Assembly (NCBI GenBank): GCA_050309605.1
Contig: JBNRMN010000090.1
Span: forward strand, 1-64,000
Direction: 5' to 3'
DNA from: Anaerohalosphaeraceae bacterium
Lineage (GTDB): Bacteria; Planctomycetota; Phycisphaerae; Sedimentisphaerales; Anaerohalosphaeraceae
DNA length: 64,000 nucleotides
Part shown: positions 61,176 to 64,000 of the stretch, piece after piece
Layout of the letters: every line of letters starts with the position of its first letter
How positions within the stretch are numbered: position 1 is the first letter of the stretch
The notes under the pieces: generated by a model
Databases searched by the model: none
What the model saw: the letters and a program-made list of their open reading frames with translations, nothing else
Told to the model about the DNA's origin: nothing
Made by a program: the position numbers and the translations under genes

Positions 61176-61901
61176 ATGGCGGAAAATCCCACAAAAAAAT
61201 GTCCGTTTTGCGGCGAGCAGATTCTTGCCGAGGCGATCAAGTGCCGGTTTTGTCGTGAGTTTCTGGAAGACGACAACGGCCTTCCGGTCTCGCACCATGC
61301 CCGGGCCGTGCGTACCGAACGGCCGTTGGCTCGACCGCCGGAGCCGGAGACACAAACACCCGAGCCGGCAGCGGACGATGAAGCGGCCATGGTGGTCTAT
61401 CCGTCGCTGTGGGCGCTGGCGGGGGTGTTTTGCACGGCGCTGGCGGGGCTGATCGCGGCGATTGTGTTGATGGCGTATCCGTTGGGTCAGTTGCTCATTG
61501 AGCATTTTGAGTTAAGCGAAACCGCCGCCGGTTCGGTGGACTCGGCGGCGAATTGGACGGGGCTGGTGTTGTTTTTGGTTCTGGTCGGCTGGGTGTTGTA
61601 TCGGGCCGTGGCGATCAAGCGGATTCGCTACGAGATCAGTCCGGATCGGATTGAGTTTGCCCGCGGCATCTTCAGCCGAAAGATCGACAATCTGGATGTG
61701 TTTCGCATCGTCGATATCAAGCTGCACCGCTCGTTATTGGATTGCCTGACCGGCGTCGGTGCGGTCACGCTGATGACACGGGACGAAACCGACCCGGAAT
61801 TTCGATTCGAAAAGGTCAAAGACCCCAAAGACCTCTACGATATCATCAAAAAGGCCACTCTCGTTGCAGACCGCAAACAGGGCGTGGTGCATTTGCAGTA
61901 A
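61176..61901 (+). CDS. Zinc-ribbon + membrane + bacterial PH domain protein
   Basis: CPFC...CRFC; two TMs; RYEI...RGIFSR...D. Confidence 0.8.
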   Translation: MAENPTKKCPFCGEQILAEAIKCRFCREFLEDDNGLPVSHHARAVRTERPLARPPEPETQTPEPAADDEAAMVVYPSLWALAGVFCTALAGLIAAIVLMAYPLGQLLIEHFELSETAAGSVDSAANWTGLVLFLVLVGWVLYRAVAIKRIRYEISPDRIEFARGIFSRKIDNLDVFRIVDIKLHRSLLDCLTGVGAVTLMTRDETDPEFRFEKVKDPKDLYDIIKKATLVADRKQGVVHLQ

Positions 61902-62020
61902 AAATCCGATGTACCTCAACGCCGGCAGAGCCGCTCACTTATGCCGAAACCGTTCACCGTTTACAGTTCGACCCGTTCGTTTAGAAACGCACCGAAGGTG
62001 CACTCTAATTGCAGCCCAGG

Positions 62021-62035
62021 GCAAATGTAATACCA
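62021..62035 (-). promoter_or_regulatory. Putative sigma54 (-24/-12) promoter
   Basis: Minus strand TGGTATTACATTTGC with exact GG-N10-GC spacing. Confidence 0.45.
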
Positions 62036-62212
62036 ACGCAAAATAAGGATTTGCATACACAATAGCGATGCCATATTTAAGTTGGCAAGTTGGGGGGTTG
62101 GGTTTCGTGCTTGCTTGTTGCTCTGAAAACCGATAGGATTTCGATCGACAGGGGCGTTGCAGGCAATCGGCGCGTTAGATAACCAAAAATTTGGATATGG
62201 TTTTGCACTTTT

Positions 62213-63004
62213 ATGTCAGAAATTGTTGTTGCAGTCAATCAGGTGACGTTTTATCGCAAACAGCGGGCGATTTTGTCCGATGTGAGCTGGCACATTGAAA
62301 AAGGGCGGCACTGGGCGTTGCTGGGCGCCAACGGGTCGGGCAAGACGACATTGCTGAAGCTGCTCTGCGGTTATGAATGGCCGACGTTCGGCTCGGTGCA
62401 GGTACTCGGTCGGCGGTTCGGGGCGTGCGATGTGCGTCACCTTCGCAAGCTCATCGGCTGGGTCAGTTCGGCGATGTGCCATCAACTGCCCGGCCATGAT
62501 ACGGCCCTTCAGGTCGCGGCCTCAGGCCTGGAGGCCAGCATCGGACTGTACCGCACGTTCAGCGCTGAGGAGCTGGACAAAGCCCGTCGGATGCTGGCGC
62601 ATCTGGGCGCTGAACACATTGCCGAGCAGCGGTATAGTACCCTGTCCCAGGGTGAACAGCAAAAGACACTGATCGCCCGAGCACTGGTCAGCGAGCCGAA
62701 GCTGCTGATTCTTGATGAGCCGTGTATCGGGCTGGATCCGGCATCCCGTGAGCGGTTTTTGCAGGATTTGGATGAGTTTGCCGCGCGCTGCGAGGCGCCG
62801 ACCATGATCCTTGTGACCCACCATATCGAAGAAATTCGCCCGTGGGTCCGTCGAGTCCTGATGCTCAAAGACGGCCGGGTGCTGGCGCAAGGCCGTCCGG
62901 ATGAGGTGATCTGCGGTGCGACGATGGGGCGGCTGTTTGATTGTCAATGCCGCGTCAGCAGAGCAGACAACGGATTCCGGCTGTGGATGGAAACGGCGGG
63001 GTGA
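62213..63004 (+). CDS. ABC ATP-binding protein (ModF/YlmA-like)
   Basis: GANGSGKT, LSQGE, LDEP, VTHH. Confidence 0.88.
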   Translation: MSEIVVAVNQVTFYRKQRAILSDVSWHIEKGRHWALLGANGSGKTTLLKLLCGYEWPTFGSVQVLGRRFGACDVRHLRKLIGWVSSAMCHQLPGHDTALQVAASGLEASIGLYRTFSAEELDKARRMLAHLGAEHIAEQRYSTLSQGEQQKTLIARALVSEPKLLILDEPCIGLDPASRERFLQDLDEFAARCEAPTMILVTHHIEEIRPWVRRVLMLKDGRVLAQGRPDEVICGATMGRLFDCQCRVSRADNGFRLWMETAG

Positions 63005-63006
63005 GC

Positions 63007-64000
63007 ATGACCGAGACGGTGCGTTCACAATGGGGGCGGCTGGTTGCCCTGACGATGGCTCATTTTGTGCTGGATATGTTTCCCGGCCTGATGCACACGA
63101 TCCTGCCGGCGGTTCAGCAGCGATTTGTCTTGTCGGTGACCGCCGGCGGGGTGCTGTTGTCGGTGTTCCTGGTCGGGTCCAATGCGATTCAGGTGCTCAT
63201 CGGTCATTTACGTGAAAACGAAAGCAAGCCGCTGTTTTTATATGTCGGCCTTGGGCTGACGTGTACGATCCTGCTGTTCGGGCTGGTCGCGCCGCACCGC
63301 CTGTCGCTGTTGTGGCTGTCGGTCATCGCGCTGGTCTGCGGATCAGGCGTGGGGATGACCCACCCCGAAGGGCTTCGGGCGGTGCATCGGCTGGAAGGGA
63401 TTTCCTCATCGGTCAGCTCGGCGGTGTTTATGGGCGGCGGCGTGCTGGGCTTTGCCTTCGGCAGCGTGGCCAGTACCCATTTGTATGCGCGATGGGGCTT
63501 TGCCGGACTGATCCCGTTTTGTGCGGCCTCAATTGTCACGGCGGTGGTGTTGATGCTGCTGGGTATTCGGCTGGCGTTGGAGCGCGACGAAGCCAATCGA
63601 AAGGCACTGCGCATTGACCAGAACCGATATACGGAAATCCCGTTTGGTGTTGTGCTGCTGATTGCGACGCTGACTGTCAGTTCGGTGCAGATTTTGATGT
63701 GGATAGTGCCGCAGCATATCAGCGCGATCGGGGCCGATTTGACCCGCGGCGGCAAGGCGGTCTCACTGTTTACGCTGGCCGGCGGCATCGGGGGGATGGT
63801 GCTGGCGCGATGGGCGGCTCGACGCGGCGAATTTAAGATCGTCATCTTCATGCTGGCCGTCGGTATCCCCTTTGTGCTGGGCTATGTCGTGCTGCTGCGG
63901 TTTGCCGTCTCGGTGGTGCTGCTCAGCGCGGGCGGGTTTTTCTGTTTCGGAGCGTATCCGATCATGGTCAGTATCGCGCGCAGCAGCAGGGGGCCGAATC
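63007..64000 (+). CDS. MFS transporter (Fsr-like), truncated by the window end
   Basis: ATG 63007, MTETVRSQWGRLVALTMAHFVLDMFPG...GMTHPEG; hydrophobic helices; appears open to the edge. Confidence 0.8.
   Translation, partial: MTETVRSQWGRLVALTMAHFVLDMFPGLMHTILPAVQQRFVLSVTAGGVLLSVFLVGSNAIQVLIGHLRENESKPLFLYVGLGLTCTILLFGLVAPHRLSLLWLSVIALVCGSGVGMTHPEGLRAVHRLEGISSSVSSAVFMGGGVLGFAFGSVASTHLYARWGFAGLIPFCAASIVTAVVLMLLGIRLALERDEANRKALRIDQNRYTEIPFGVVLLIATLTVSSVQILMWIVPQHISAIGADLTRGGKAVSLFTLAGGIGGMVLARWAARRGEFKIVIFMLAVGIPFVLGYVVLLRFAVSVVLLSAGGFFCFGAYPIMVSIARSSRGPN

Noticed and set aside
62015..62075. c-di-GMP-I riboswitch (GGCAAA...ACGCAAA)
   Set aside because: No pairable P2 stem or GNRA loop between the motifs; a minus-strand sigma54 site explains it better.

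Overview
Bacterial chromosomal window, probably from a Planctomycetota (Phycisphaerae/Sedimentisphaerales-like) organism. The taxonomy is inferred from gene content and is not verified. Left to right it holds: a GH28 gene and hom-apgM; a glycine-cleavage operon (gcvT-H-PA-PB) interrupted by a carbamoyltransferase/SxtJ/DUF5989/SGNH module and by an AT-rich HNH gene bracketed by 27-bp inverted repeats; and a ~15-kb RND-efflux plus arsenic/thiol-redox region between convergent tRNA-Leu and tRNA-Ser genes. Next come a NUDIX-WecA-ligase-mutY operon, an Rrf2-hcp-ric nitrosative-stress cluster, and gyrB-DUF721-dnaN with a dnaA-less candidate oriC. The right end has an ABC-F gene, cdaA-cdaR, cstA, a BsuBI/PstI-type R-M pair, der, and an AT-rich three-gene TIGR04255 operon. 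Best candidates for undescribed biology: the TIGR04255 + WDSYG + ART-like triad, the inverted-repeat-bracketed HNH cassette with related stop-codon-anchored 7-mer arrays, and the twin Tat-exported flavoproteins in the arsenic operon. All family assignments are by motif recognition only; no searches were run.
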